A stretch of 64,000 nt of DNA from a virus (Duplodnaviria > Caudoviricetes). This document shows positions 9,953-19,414 of this stretch, in pieces. The stretch is taken from the IMG/VR virus record IMGVR_UViG_3300033463_000005, positions 128,001 to 192,000 of that record, one strand, 5' to 3'. The number at the start of each line of letters is the position of its first letter. Position 1 is the stretch's first letter. The notes beneath the pieces are model-generated. The model made no database searches. It saw nothing but the letters and a program-made list of their open reading frames with translations, and was not told where the DNA came from. The position numbers were made by a program, and so were the translations under genes.

Positions 9953-10192
9953 ATGAAAAAAGGGACACAGATTTTATCCGTTACATTTACAAAAGATGGT
10001 CGTGTAAAAGCGGAAGCACGTTTAAAAACATTGACCATCGATCTTGCATTGACTCGCAACCAGCGAAATCTATTCCGACATTACCGTGACCACGATTTCT
10101 TGGATCAAATTGCTACAGAGTTTGGCAATGCTTCCATATTGAGCGATGACTTCTTCATCAAAATCAATGATGAAATCGTGTACAGAAAGTGA
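9953..10192 (+). CDS. Hypothetical protein
   Basis: 79-aa ORF with GGAGG RBS. Confidence 0.65.
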   Translation: MKKGTQILSVTFTKDGRVKAEARLKTLTIDLALTRNQRNLFRHYRDHDFLDQIATEFGNASILSDDFFIKINDEIVYRK

Positions 10193-10204
10193 TAGAATAA
10201 GAGT

Positions 10205-10230
10205 TATACGGGGGCGAAAGCCCCCGTATA
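10205..10230. terminator. Bidirectional terminator hairpin
   Basis: TATACGGGGGC-GAAA-GCCCCCGTATA between convergent genes. Confidence 0.7.
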
Positions 10231-10236
10231 TTCTCA

Positions 10237-10587
10237 TCATTTTTCCTCGTCATCTTCTTCAAACACTTCGTCAGATTCGACCTCAACGTCCTCAAATGCT
10301 TCGGGCGGGAGTTGTTCTGGTTGAAGTTGTTTGTAAATCTGATGACAACCTGTTGCGGCTGCTCCAGCACTGATACCAATAAAGATTGCTTCAATGATGT
10401 TATTACCCATCTCAACATTCGGAATATAAAATCCGGAAATACCAAGAATAATTCCGAATACGATGGAACAAATCGGAATGAATTTATTCACATCCTTTCC
10501 AAGTGTTGATGCAATCTTTTTCACAACCTCATTTAAAATACCAACAAATGCAGAGATTGTAACGATTGAAAATTCCATAAAATTCAT
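10237..10587 (-). CDS. Holin
   Basis: Three TMs with NKFIPICSIVFGIILG and GISAGAAATGCHQIYKQ, typical of Firmicute phage holins; acidic tail. Confidence 0.8.
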   Translation of the reverse strand: MNFMEFSIVTISAFVGILNEVVKKIASTLGKDVNKFIPICSIVFGIILGISGFYIPNVEMGNNIIEAIFIGISAGAAATGCHQIYKQLQPEQLPPEAFEDVEVESDEVFEEDDEEK

Positions 10588-10636
10588 CTCCCTTATAAAT
10601 ATATTATTTCACAGAATACTGAAGAATATACAGTAT

Positions 10637-10648
10637 TACAAAAACGTT
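10637..10648 (-). promoter_or_regulatory. Putative late promoter AACG-N6-TA
   Basis: AACGTTTTTGTA upstream of the holin; same spacing at six other gene starts. Confidence 0.55.
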
Positions 10649-10662
10649 TAGGAGGTAATCAT

Positions 10663-10833
10663 ATGTTCAAGTTCTTCAAGAAGCGTAACCGACAGACGGA
10701 TGATGCCATCATTGTTGAAGATGAAAACAAGAATGATGTTATCATCAAAGGTGAAAACACCGCGATCAAGGATATTGCCAGAACAGGTAGATTCCCGAAA
10801 ATCAAACGGAGGAAAGCAGATAATGATGAATGA
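10663..10833 (+). CDS. Small hypothetical protein (56 aa, not in ORF track)
   Basis: AGGAGG RBS; MFKFFKKRNRQTDD...ADNDE; overlaps the next gene start. Confidence 0.6.
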   Translation: MFKFFKKRNRQTDDAIIVEDENKNDVIIKGENTAIKDIARTGRFPKIKRRKADNDE

Positions 10834-11350
10834 TCACATGACTGACGTAACCAATGAACATGATGTATCAGATGAAGTCATGGTACATGATGAGAGTGTA
10901 ATCCCATCTATCAATGAAGACGATGTTGACATGTCGAATTCAATGAGATTTGTATCCATGGATACAAACACATACCTGATGGATAAATCTATCATCAATT
11001 GGGAAGAGACATTGAAGAACAAACGGAACATCGAAGAAAACTTGTTCTTCGTTCGAAAGGTTCTGAATGAACTAATCTTCCAACATAAAGAAGAACACAA
11101 TTCTGGCATTGATGAAGCTTTTGGTCCGGTATTAGATTTCATCAAAGAATTTGGATTCGATCCAACAAAGAGTTATGCAAAGATGTACCCGGATGCAAAC
11201 GATTTCGATTTTGCATTGATGTATTGTATTGATGCAATTGAAATCATGAACGTCTTGTTACAGGAAATTGCATCATATGAGGGTGCAAAGAATGCAATCG
11301 GTTCCATTATGGAAACAATGAACAATATTGGAGGAATGAATAATGAGTGA
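10823..11350 (+). CDS. Hypothetical protein, paralog family member 1
   Basis: INWEETL motif shared with the two following genes. Confidence 0.7.
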   Translation: MMNDHMTDVTNEHDVSDEVMVHDESVIPSINEDDVDMSNSMRFVSMDTNTYLMDKSIINWEETLKNKRNIEENLFFVRKVLNELIFQHKEEHNSGIDEAFGPVLDFIKEFGFDPTKSYAKMYPDANDFDFALMYCIDAIEIMNVLLQEIASYEGAKNAIGSIMETMNNIGGMNNE

Positions 11351-11888
11351 AGAGCTGAAGAATCCGTCTAATGGTGAAAATGATGAGAGAATATATTATC
11401 ATCTTCTGAATGGTAATGTGATTTACTCTGATGCGAAGTCTATTAACTGGGAAGAAAACATTAAGTCAATCGGTGTAATTTCCGAGATGGCAGACAATTG
11501 CCGTGCAATGATTGCACGACTCATGACTGGTGAACCTGTAAAAATCACAGATGAAAATGGATACGAAAAAGAGGTTCCAATCATTGAACATGCAAAAACA
11601 GAATGTGAAAAATTCTTTGAGACAAATCATATTAAAATTGATTACTCCATGTTTGATAATGCGGATATTACAGAACGTGAAAAGTTAATTGCGCGTCTGA
11701 TTGATATACTGACAATCCATAATGAACTGATTATGGTGTCTGCTATTCTGAATGCTAGCGCAACAACACGTCATTATTATGAAACCATCATTCAGAATAT
11801 GAGCAATACAAATAACAATGAATCGGAGGAACATAACAATGAAAATCAAGAGAATCAGAATGGTACCGAAGTTCATCACGCTGAGTGA
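11343..11888 (+). CDS. Hypothetical protein, paralog family member 2
   Basis: RIYYHLLNG...INWEENI. Confidence 0.7.
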   Translation: MSEELKNPSNGENDERIYYHLLNGNVIYSDAKSINWEENIKSIGVISEMADNCRAMIARLMTGEPVKITDENGYEKEVPIIEHAKTECEKFFETNHIKIDYSMFDNADITEREKLIARLIDILTIHNELIMVSAILNASATTRHYYETIIQNMSNTNNNESEEHNNENQENQNGTEVHHAE

Positions 11889-12741
11889 TGTAACTGCAAT
11901 CACCGCGCACTTCAACCTGATTGATCGTCGTGATCAGAATATCATCACTGCCATTTTATCCACCGACACTGTTGATGTGGATGATATTGTGATGGTAGAT
12001 CTGGATGTAACAGATACATCTGATATTAACATCACATCCCAAGAATTTGCGAATGATATTATGCAACTTCTTACTGCAATGAATGATGATGATGTTCTGG
12101 GCTTCGGTGTTACATCGAGTGCATTGGAGACATATCACGCATGCATCGATAATGTATTCAATGAATTGGATGCGCTGTTCCATGTAAATGTCCCGGAACC
12201 TGATGCAGATCAGAATGCGGGGTTTGATCCGAAGAGAATTTATTTCCCGCTTGTAACAGGTGAAATTTTCGATGTTGAAATCGACAAGGTAAACTGGGAT
12301 GATACACTGGAACATATCAACGACATATTGACAAAGCTGAATTCATTCCGCGGCATTGCATATAATATGCTGCGTGGTGATGTTGAAACCGACCAGGGCT
12401 TGATGAATGGTGCAGAAGAAATTATCACCAGCGCATATGAAGCATTGGGCATGAATCCGAATTATAACGGACTCAACTTTGAAGGAAATCGGAAACTGGA
12501 GATTCTGACAAAGTTGTTTGATCTGTGCACGGTATACAATGAGTTTGTCACGTATATCAACATTTATGCAATCCGGACAAATACTGTCAAAGAATTGTTT
12601 GCAGTCATCAAACGTTTGCAAGGTCAGACTGACAAAGAATCTTCAACTGATACAACAGAAGAAGTGGTCGAAGAAGTCGGTGAAGATTCCTCATCGACAG
12701 AAGAAATTGCCGATAATATTACATTTTCATATGGAGGGTGA
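11839..12741 (+). CDS. Hypothetical protein, paralog family member 3 (extra N-terminal domain)
   Basis: RIYFPLVTG...VNWDDTL. Confidence 0.7.
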   Translation: MKIKRIRMVPKFITLSDVTAITAHFNLIDRRDQNIITAILSTDTVDVDDIVMVDLDVTDTSDINITSQEFANDIMQLLTAMNDDDVLGFGVTSSALETYHACIDNVFNELDALFHVNVPEPDADQNAGFDPKRIYFPLVTGEIFDVEIDKVNWDDTLEHINDILTKLNSFRGIAYNMLRGDVETDQGLMNGAEEIITSAYEALGMNPNYNGLNFEGNRKLEILTKLFDLCTVYNEFVTYINIYAIRTNTVKELFAVIKRLQGQTDKESSTDTTEEVVEEVGEDSSSTEEIADNITFSYGG

Positions 12742-12747
12742 AGAATC

Positions 12748-12945
12748 ATGAAACAATTTCTCAAATTATTAATTGCATTCTTGGCAGGTTTTGCTGTTCG
12801 GACATTGATTGATTCCATCGAAATCGTGAACGATGAAGATTGTGAACATTGCAAATGTCATGAACACCGTGATGACGATTGTTTAGAACCTGCACAACGT
12901 GAGGAGGCTATTGAGGATGACACCGATTTTGATTCACCACAATGA
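12748..12945 (+). CDS. Small membrane-anchored hypothetical protein
   Basis: GGAGG RBS; N-terminal hydrophobic segment, CxxCxC, acidic tail. Confidence 0.55.
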   Translation: MKQFLKLLIAFLAGFAVRTLIDSIEIVNDEDCEHCKCHEHRDDDCLEPAQREEAIEDDTDFDSPQ

Positions 12946-13909
12946 TGACGATGGACGCTGTGCCGGCGCAGTTGTTGTTCGCGAATTATGTGATGTGTGG
13001 AATCGTCCGACAATGGATACCGTGTTTGAATACAAACACGGTTATTCATTGATCGTTCCAACTGATGTGATTGAGAACACCGATTCCATTTACATTGTTG
13101 ATGTTGCGATTGATAATCAGATTCTGAATTTCGTGAAATTGGTACATGATATCCGCGGTGATAACATGCCGAAAATTGTGTTTATCGATCATCACCAAAC
13201 ATCCAAAGAAATTCTGGACAAAGGCATGCAGGATGAACGTTTTGAATTGTTCATGATCTATGTCAAAACATTTGTCAAAATGGGAATCTCTGGAACATTG
13301 TTAACATGGATTTACGCATGCATGACGGAAGAAGAACGGAATGGGGAACCGAACTTTGATTTTACTGAAAAACGGACACATATTGGTTTTTATCCGGAAC
13401 AGAAAAATGAACGAATCATCAAGATTCCGCTCGCAGTTCGTTTGATTGATGATTGGGATGTTTGGAACCATGACATTTCCGACACAAAATATTTCAATCT
13501 TGGATTCTCACTTGTACCGGATAAACATCCGCTGAATGAAATTTGGGACATTGTCATTTACGGTGATGATCGTTGGTTGTCCCAAACGTATATCGACAAA
13601 GGTCGTATCATTTATGATTACCAGACGAAAGTGAATGAACGCGCCATGAGTCGTGCATTTGAATCCGAGATCGATGGTGTCAAATGTTTATGTCTGAACC
13701 AGACCGGAAATAGTATGGTATTCGGTGATAAGATCAAAGAATATCCAATGGTATGTCTGTACTATTATGACGGAAAGATCAAACAATGGAAATATTCCTT
13801 GTATTCAGATGAAACAACTGGTGTTGATGTTTCTGTGATTTGCCAAAACCATGGTGGAGGTGGACACATTCACGCTAGCGGTTTCAACATTCCGGAATTA
13901 ATTGTATAA
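12917..13909 (+). CDS. DHH/DHHA1 family phosphoesterase
   Basis: HHNDDDG, IVD, IDHH and C-terminal GGGGHIHASG. Confidence 0.88.
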   Translation: MTPILIHHNDDDGRCAGAVVVRELCDVWNRPTMDTVFEYKHGYSLIVPTDVIENTDSIYIVDVAIDNQILNFVKLVHDIRGDNMPKIVFIDHHQTSKEILDKGMQDERFELFMIYVKTFVKMGISGTLLTWIYACMTEEERNGEPNFDFTEKRTHIGFYPEQKNERIIKIPLAVRLIDDWDVWNHDISDTKYFNLGFSLVPDKHPLNEIWDIVIYGDDRWLSQTYIDKGRIIYDYQTKVNERAMSRAFESEIDGVKCLCLNQTGNSMVFGDKIKEYPMVCLYYYDGKIKQWKYSLYSDETTGVDVSVICQNHGGGGHIHASGFNIPELIV

Positions 13910-13917
13910 ACAGATTT

Positions 13918-13949
13918 GTATATGTGGGGGCATATGCCCCCACATATAC
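13918..13949. terminator. Perfect 32-bp palindrome, terminator candidate
   Basis: GTATATGTGGGGGCATATGCCCCCACATATAC. Confidence 0.65.
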
Positions 13950-14274
13950 GCTTTGACATTACCGCCGATCATCATACGACGGGACCGATAACAGACCCGA
14001 GCGAAGAATCTATTATCGAATTTATATAAAATTACACAATATATACTTTTTGACCATGTTGAAATTGTTCCATACCAATCATACATATCAGGAGGTGGGT
14101 TGATATGCATAATTGGGTGACGTCAATGGATTCACGTATGTTCATGATATGTATAACACCGAATCATTCTTTTTTATTCACATAACCTGTGTAAGCTCAT
14201 TCCTGTTATACATCATTCACATTTGTTACAATCTCTTCATGAAAGCATATATCATGTAATCAGCGCAAGGATGA

Positions 14275-16197
14275 TCAAGCTTTAATGACTTTTTCCAATG
14301 GTGTTTGTGTTGGTGGAATGCCACGGATTGTGTGTGATAAACCAACTGTAATTGCAGTTGAAATATCTTGGAATAGCAATCCTTGTAGAATGCCAGCACG
14401 TTGTACAGCAACACGGAATGGTTCTTTGTCATATGACATCGGATCAACATCTGATTTACCATACACGGATGCAAATGATTTATTCCCGTGTCGGCAAACA
14501 CGTCGTGCTAACATTTCATATGTGATGGAAGGACCATTCAGATCAATACCATTCAATTCCAAACAACGGAACATCAACTCTGTCATTAGATTATATGGTA
14601 ATTGTGGAGATTTACTATGTAAATATATTTGATTGATATAAAATTCAATATTTGCAACGGATTGTTGCATTGCAACTGAACACACTTGATCTCCTGCGTC
14701 ATATTGAATGATGTAATAATCTGGATCTTCCTGAATATCATCATAGATGTTGAATCGCAATGTTGCCGGAATTGTCATCAGAGTTGACAATAACACAGAA
14801 CCGTCTTCTTTGTAAAATTTTACAGGTAATACACCAAAGCTTTCACATACGGTTGCTTCAATGGAGAATCCAGAAAATTCTTCAAACAATTTTGGCACAA
14901 ATACTTTCATGATGGTTTTTGGAACAATGCATCCTTCATGAATATCATAATATGAATTTGCATCATTGAATATATACTTCTTATCGATGATGGATGCTTT
15001 TTGCGACAAGTCATGTTTTGATTTCAGTTTCTTATTCAACAATGCTTGTGTGATCGATGTGACAAGTAAACCGACATTTTGAACACCCAGATTATGGAAC
15101 ACTCTACCACCGCATTTACCACAGATTGATTCGTGGATGCAACACTGTGGAGAATACAATTCAACCGTTTTACCGACATAAGAACCAATGTTTTCCAAAG
15201 TGGTCAATACTTTCTGACCACCATCATTGATATACCGATATAATACATACTGTTTGTTTTTATCTGTGATTGTGAGTGGAATTGTTTTTGTTGTACCACA
15301 ATCGGAATTCGGATCCGCATCAATATGTTCTGACTGTAATAATGCGAGAATAATTTTTGCCATGTAACCAGAATCCGCAGTACCAACTGCAGAAGGATAT
15401 GCACCTGCAACAATAGAATTTGCAAATGCCGGAATATCCTTTTTCTTCACACCATCCATCAGTGAGGAATCGACGATATCAAATCTACCGGTAATGTTAT
15501 TAAACACAGCGCCACGCATAACATTGATCGTTTTATAGTTATTATCTAGATTACCATCGCCGGATGCATACATGTCATAGCCAGTATCACCTTTCAGATT
15601 CTGACGAACCATTTCCATCAATTCTTTTTCAATTTTATTCATTGCGAGAATTTGCTTGGTTGGATCTTTGGAATAAATATCATCGTGGTATTTTTCCATC
15701 AATTCCATTTTCCGTTGATTCACATTATGCATCGGACGAATCAATCCGGCGGAAATTGAAGTAGACAGAAATGCAGTTGCTTGGAATCCCAGTTGGTCAC
15801 GGCGGTCAACGAATTTTGCATTTGTATATGTATCAATTTGATCCGTAATAATCAAATTGTTGACAGCAACATTTAATGCACCAAGACCTTTTTTGTCTAG
15901 TGTTCGATTCCAATACCCAATAAATTGAATGACGCCAGTATATTCCAACAGGAATCGATTCATGAATAATAATCCAAGTGTTGTTTCGACAGAATCTTTC
16001 ACATATTGATATTCAGCATGAGACAGTGTGATTTTATCTGTTGGATTGAATGGTGCCTGTTTTGCTTGGTTGGTTTCTTTATCATAATATGCTGCAAACA
16101 AAGATTCCAGGAAATCCTTGTTAAATTCAGAAATATCTGCAGATAGAATTCGTTGCTTTCCAATGGTTGCATTGGATACTTGTTTCTCTATTGCCAT
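14275..16197 (-). CDS. rpoC: Multisubunit RNA polymerase beta' subunit, C-terminal part
   Basis: Bridge helix AVGTADSGYMAK, DCGT, Zn site SPQCC...ICGKCG, NVGL. Confidence 0.85.
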   Translation of the reverse strand: MAIEKQVSNATIGKQRILSADISEFNKDFLESLFAAYYDKETNQAKQAPFNPTDKITLSHAEYQYVKDSVETTLGLLFMNRFLLEYTGVIQFIGYWNRTLDKKGLGALNVAVNNLIITDQIDTYTNAKFVDRRDQLGFQATAFLSTSISAGLIRPMHNVNQRKMELMEKYHDDIYSKDPTKQILAMNKIEKELMEMVRQNLKGDTGYDMYASGDGNLDNNYKTINVMRGAVFNNITGRFDIVDSSLMDGVKKKDIPAFANSIVAGAYPSAVGTADSGYMAKIILALLQSEHIDADPNSDCGTTKTIPLTITDKNKQYVLYRYINDGGQKVLTTLENIGSYVGKTVELYSPQCCIHESICGKCGGRVFHNLGVQNVGLLVTSITQALLNKKLKSKHDLSQKASIIDKKYIFNDANSYYDIHEGCIVPKTIMKVFVPKLFEEFSGFSIEATVCESFGVLPVKFYKEDGSVLLSTLMTIPATLRFNIYDDIQEDPDYYIIQYDAGDQVCSVAMQQSVANIEFYINQIYLHSKSPQLPYNLMTELMFRCLELNGIDLNGPSITYEMLARRVCRHGNKSFASVYGKSDVDPMSYDKEPFRVAVQRAGILQGLLFQDISTAITVGLSHTIRGIPPTQTPLEKVIKA

Positions 16198-16261
16198 GAT
16201 ATGATTCCTCCTTATCGTGAACGAATTACTGTTCGGTTTATTATACTTTATAATTTTTTAT

Positions 16262-16306
16262 TATATATATATTATTTATATGGATAGAATATGATGGTTC
16301 TATCCA
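16262..16306 (+). promoter_or_regulatory. Putative early promoter plus 5' leader hairpin
   Basis: TATATATATATTATTTATATG followed by TGGATAGAAT...GTTCTATCCA. Confidence 0.6.
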
Positions 16307-16333
16307 TTCAAAATATTTTGAAAGGACTTGATT

Positions 16334-17317
16334 ATGATGATGGATCTGGCAAAGTTTAACCGAATACTGATGAATCACCGAACGGGAGTATCAAAGGATA
16401 TTCCAATGAGAACTGTTCTCGGTATGCTAAAAGATACGCTGTATGTGTCAGATGATACATACCACAAAGATCTACCATACGACGAGAAGGTGAAGTTCTA
16501 TAACAAGAACATGAGCAATATTTTCAATGAAAGCGGAGACCGGCTTCCAATACCCACAGATTCTATGCGACTTGCATTGATACAACGAAATGAACGATTC
16601 TATGATGTCGTGAAATACATGCTTGTCAATTTCAATGTGGACGCAATTACGTACTACATGATTGCAAGTGGCGAATTAACAGATTCCGTTACACGGGCCA
16701 TCGAACGAAGTAGACTATGGCTGCCTCATGAAAAACGTTCTGCATATTTCGTCACAGAATATTATTACTATATGATCAAACGCGCGTTGGTACTGTCCGT
16801 ATTCGGAAAAAGATTCGAATGCGAAGTGGATTCGTTTATCAAAGACTTTGAATTCACAATGGACAACTATGTGTCGTTAATAAACTATGACGACAGGATT
16901 GAGGTGTATGGTCGAAAAGAGTATGCATACAGAGATGAACAAACCATCTGTGTTGATTATCCAAAGCAGCTTTTAATCCCAATCAATCTATTATCCGTGA
17001 ATGCGGATATCATTCATGCGGATGATATATTCGTAATCGCCGCATTTGGAGATGTGATTGTTTTGTGGAAAAACGGTGATGAATATATGGATGAGAATAA
17101 ACTCGTTTCCCCATATCGCGAATTGCTGCTTCCGGATAATGTCGACCCATACGTTCCGTTTAAGTTTGATTATGACAACGGAAAAATCATTGTCACAACG
17201 CAAAAGCATATCGTCGAGATTATTATTCACAATCTCGACTGGTCAATCGATGGTCGTGCATCCAAGACCACACGGCGTAAGGATTTCAATGTTATTAAAA
17301 GACCAGAAACTGAATGA
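16334..17317 (+). CDS. Hypothetical protein (putative early)
   Basis: Long ORF with AAAGGA RBS between a promoter motif and a terminator. Confidence 0.75.
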   Translation: MMMDLAKFNRILMNHRTGVSKDIPMRTVLGMLKDTLYVSDDTYHKDLPYDEKVKFYNKNMSNIFNESGDRLPIPTDSMRLALIQRNERFYDVVKYMLVNFNVDAITYYMIASGELTDSVTRAIERSRLWLPHEKRSAYFVTEYYYYMIKRALVLSVFGKRFECEVDSFIKDFEFTMDNYVSLINYDDRIEVYGRKEYAYRDEQTICVDYPKQLLIPINLLSVNADIIHADDIFVIAAFGDVIVLWKNGDEYMDENKLVSPYRELLLPDNVDPYVPFKFDYDNGKIIVTTQKHIVEIIIHNLDWSIDGRASKTTRRKDFNVIKRPETE

Positions 17318-17321
17318 TTGA

Positions 17322-17356
17322 AATGGGGTGCCAATGGCACCCCATTCTATTTTTTA
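17322..17356 (+). terminator. Intrinsic terminator
   Basis: AATGGGGTGCCAATGGCACCCCATT followed by a T-tract. Confidence 0.7.
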
Positions 17357-17358
17357 TT

Positions 17359-17385
17359 TTTTCATATATATATTATTAATATGAA
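17359..17385 (+). promoter_or_regulatory. Putative early promoter
   Basis: 27-mer TTTTCATATATATATTATTAATATGAA, identical at 43562-43588. Confidence 0.7.
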
Positions 17386-17949
17386 TAGAGAGGAATGGCA
17401 GCCCTCTATTCTACATCTAATTTCTCCTTAAGGGTCCCACCAACCCGGGATCGAAGAGATCCCTCTGGTCGCAGGCTTGCCAGGAAATACTTTGGTAAAA
17501 GCCTGAATAGTTGCCGGTCTATAAAACCGGAGTAATCGGTATCCTGCTAGAAATAATTCCAATAGCAGGACTCATAAGTCAGTCGCTCGTGGGATTGACA
17601 TGAGATAGGGCACACTACCTAAAACCGAACAAAGAAGCACCGCGCGCACGGCGGTGTGAGTGGTCACGAGAATCCGTTTCCATTGGTGGTGGAATTGCAA
17701 GTGCTCATTGTTGGGATGGTTTGAAACGGCCATGCCCGACCGGGTCGATTTACCCGTAAAACTGTAGGTTGAGATCTACAGTAAAGAGCCTGAGGAGCTG
17801 CTCAACCCCATATGGGGGACCTCACCATGTAAGTTGTGGTGAATGCAAATACAGGGAACGTGCACGCATGAAGTGCATTGTGAACTGTGACAACTTGGAA
17901 AGAATGTATGGGAATGGTGGTGTGGCCAATTCTCATACATTCTTTTTTT
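17383..17949 (+). ncRNA. Putative large structured non-coding RNA (~560 nt)
   Basis: No credible ORF; GC-enriched; about 15 hairpins plus candidate loop-mediated long-range pairings; own promoter and terminator. Confidence 0.7.
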
Positions 17950-17968
17950 AATTTATTTAAAATATATA

Positions 17969-17995
17969 AAAAGGAGCGCCATCAGGCGCTCCTTT
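17969..17995 (-). terminator. Terminator of the minus-strand tail operon
   Basis: AAAGGAGCGCC-ATCA-GGCGCTCCTTT with an adjacent A-tract. Confidence 0.65.
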
Positions 17996-18007
17996 ACAAT
18001 TTATTTT

Positions 18008-18262
18008 TTATTCACGAACCTTTTCGCGTCGAATAATCAACACATCTTTGTGTCCGGATTTCGCAATACCATTCATCCACTCGATATTTTGTTCATGCCT
18101 AATATTATTATTCTCGATACTGGAATAATGTTTCATTAACCATTGATCTAGTGAGGCTTGGGAATCAAATATTTTGATTCGAAGATTTGGATTCTCCAAT
18201 GATGAAGAGTCACGTCCATCACGATTTACAACAAGAATATGAACCGAACGTTCAAAAGCCAT
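18008..18262 (-). CDS. Hypothetical protein
   Basis: GGAG RBS before MAFERSVH. Confidence 0.6.
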   Translation of the reverse strand: MAFERSVHILVVNRDGRDSSSLENPNLRIKIFDSQASLDQWLMKHYSSIENNNIRHEQNIEWMNGIAKSGHKDVLIIRREKVRE

Positions 18263-18263
18263 A

Positions 18264-18713
18264 TCATTTTCTCCATTTCTGAAATATAAAATGATACATT
18301 GAATGCGATTCATCAAATAGCATAGATCGGATGACGTCATCCAATAAGATTGCAATCGCACTCAATGGAATCCAATATAGCAAAGTATGATGTAAACACA
18401 CTTGTCCATATAGATTTAAAAATCGGTTAGAATAATCCCAAATATTCAAACCTAACTGAATATTTAGTATATATCCGGATATAAATTCTAATGCAGTTAT
18501 GACACATCCACCAATGAGTGTTTGTACTTCAAATAGCATATCTTCTGTATACCATTCATTGATTAATCCAATTATGATGAAACATAATCCACCAACAATA
18601 CCCATGGTCCAATGTGTAAATCCACGAACGGTTGTTTCGATATACATGTATATCAAACCACCAATGATTCCGAGAATGAATTCACGAATTAAGAATCGGA
18701 TTATCTTCACCAT
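18264..18713 (-). CDS. Membrane protein, ABC_trans_CmpB-like family
   Basis: RGFTHWTMGIVGG, LEFISGYILN, IWDYSNRFLNLYGQVCL. Confidence 0.75.
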   Translation of the reverse strand: MVKIIRFLIREFILGIIGGLIYMYIETTVRGFTHWTMGIVGGLCFIIIGLINEWYTEDMLFEVQTLIGGCVITALEFISGYILNIQLGLNIWDYSNRFLNLYGQVCLHHTLLYWIPLSAIAILLDDVIRSMLFDESHSMYHFIFQKWRK

Positions 18714-18806
18714 TCGATGATTGGAAGTCTCCGTCATCATCACTTTGTTCATCTTCGTCTGGTAATGTTTCCGGTTCAATTGGGTCATCTCCAGTCATTT
18801 ACATTG

Positions 18807-19385
18807 TTACATATTATTCCATATTGCATCAATTGCATCACCATCCAAAACAGTAAAAGATGCATCAAGATCATCAACATAATTTGTTATTGCCTGATTC
18901 TCAACTGGATTTGTTGATGATTTTGATACGGATGAATCAACTGTAATAGATTGCGGGGTTTCACAATACAGATCTGTTGATGTATTATTGATCGTGATTG
19001 TTCCCAATTTTGTTCCAGATAATAATGTCGGGGAGAATGAGACAATTGATTTTGAAGCAGCCAAATCATATGCTTGTTTTACAGCAGATGGAGTTGCCGC
19101 TTCTGTTGTTGATGTGGAATTTATAGCTTGTGATAATGGCAAAACTTGGGGTTTGATCGTAATTGTTCCTTCCGGATTTTCTTGTGATGACGGTGTATAT
19201 GTGTACGTTTGTAAATACCATGAATAGATCTTTGCCAATTCCAATGCGGTATTGGTTTTGCCAGATGGATCTAAATTATCCAATAAATGAACAACTTGCT
19301 GATCAATTGTTTTTCGTTTTTGTGGATTATCTAAATCGGTCAGAAACTCAAAGAATACTTGTACGTCGGGGAATCCACGTGCCAC
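18807..19385 (-). CDS. Tail fibre-related protein
   Basis: Phage tail-fibre repeat STSTTEAATPSAVKQAYDLA; S.NPVEN module. Confidence 0.7.
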   Translation of the reverse strand: MARGFPDVQVFFEFLTDLDNPQKRKTIDQQVVHLLDNLDPSGKTNTALELAKIYSWYLQTYTYTPSSQENPEGTITIKPQVLPLSQAINSTSTTEAATPSAVKQAYDLAASKSIVSFSPTLLSGTKLGTITINNTSTDLYCETPQSITVDSSVSKSSTNPVENQAITNYVDDLDASFTVLDGDAIDAIWNNM

Positions 19386-19414
19386 ATATATCACCTCCTT
19401 GTATAAATAGTATA

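Noticed and set aside
10700-10822. N-terminal extension of the 216-aa ORF
   Set aside because: The region is better explained by the RBS-led 56-aa ORF 10663-10833; the downstream gene has its own GGAGG before 10823.
17383-17949. tRNA cluster, tmRNA, RNase P, group I/II intron or CRISPR mini-array
   Set aside because: No TTCGA T-loop cloverleaf, no GAGGAAAGTCC, no recognisable domain V or P7 core, no interrupted host gene and no repeated unit.
17769-17951. 60-aa ORF inside the structured region
   Set aside because: TTG start without an RBS, and it runs through the terminator stem.
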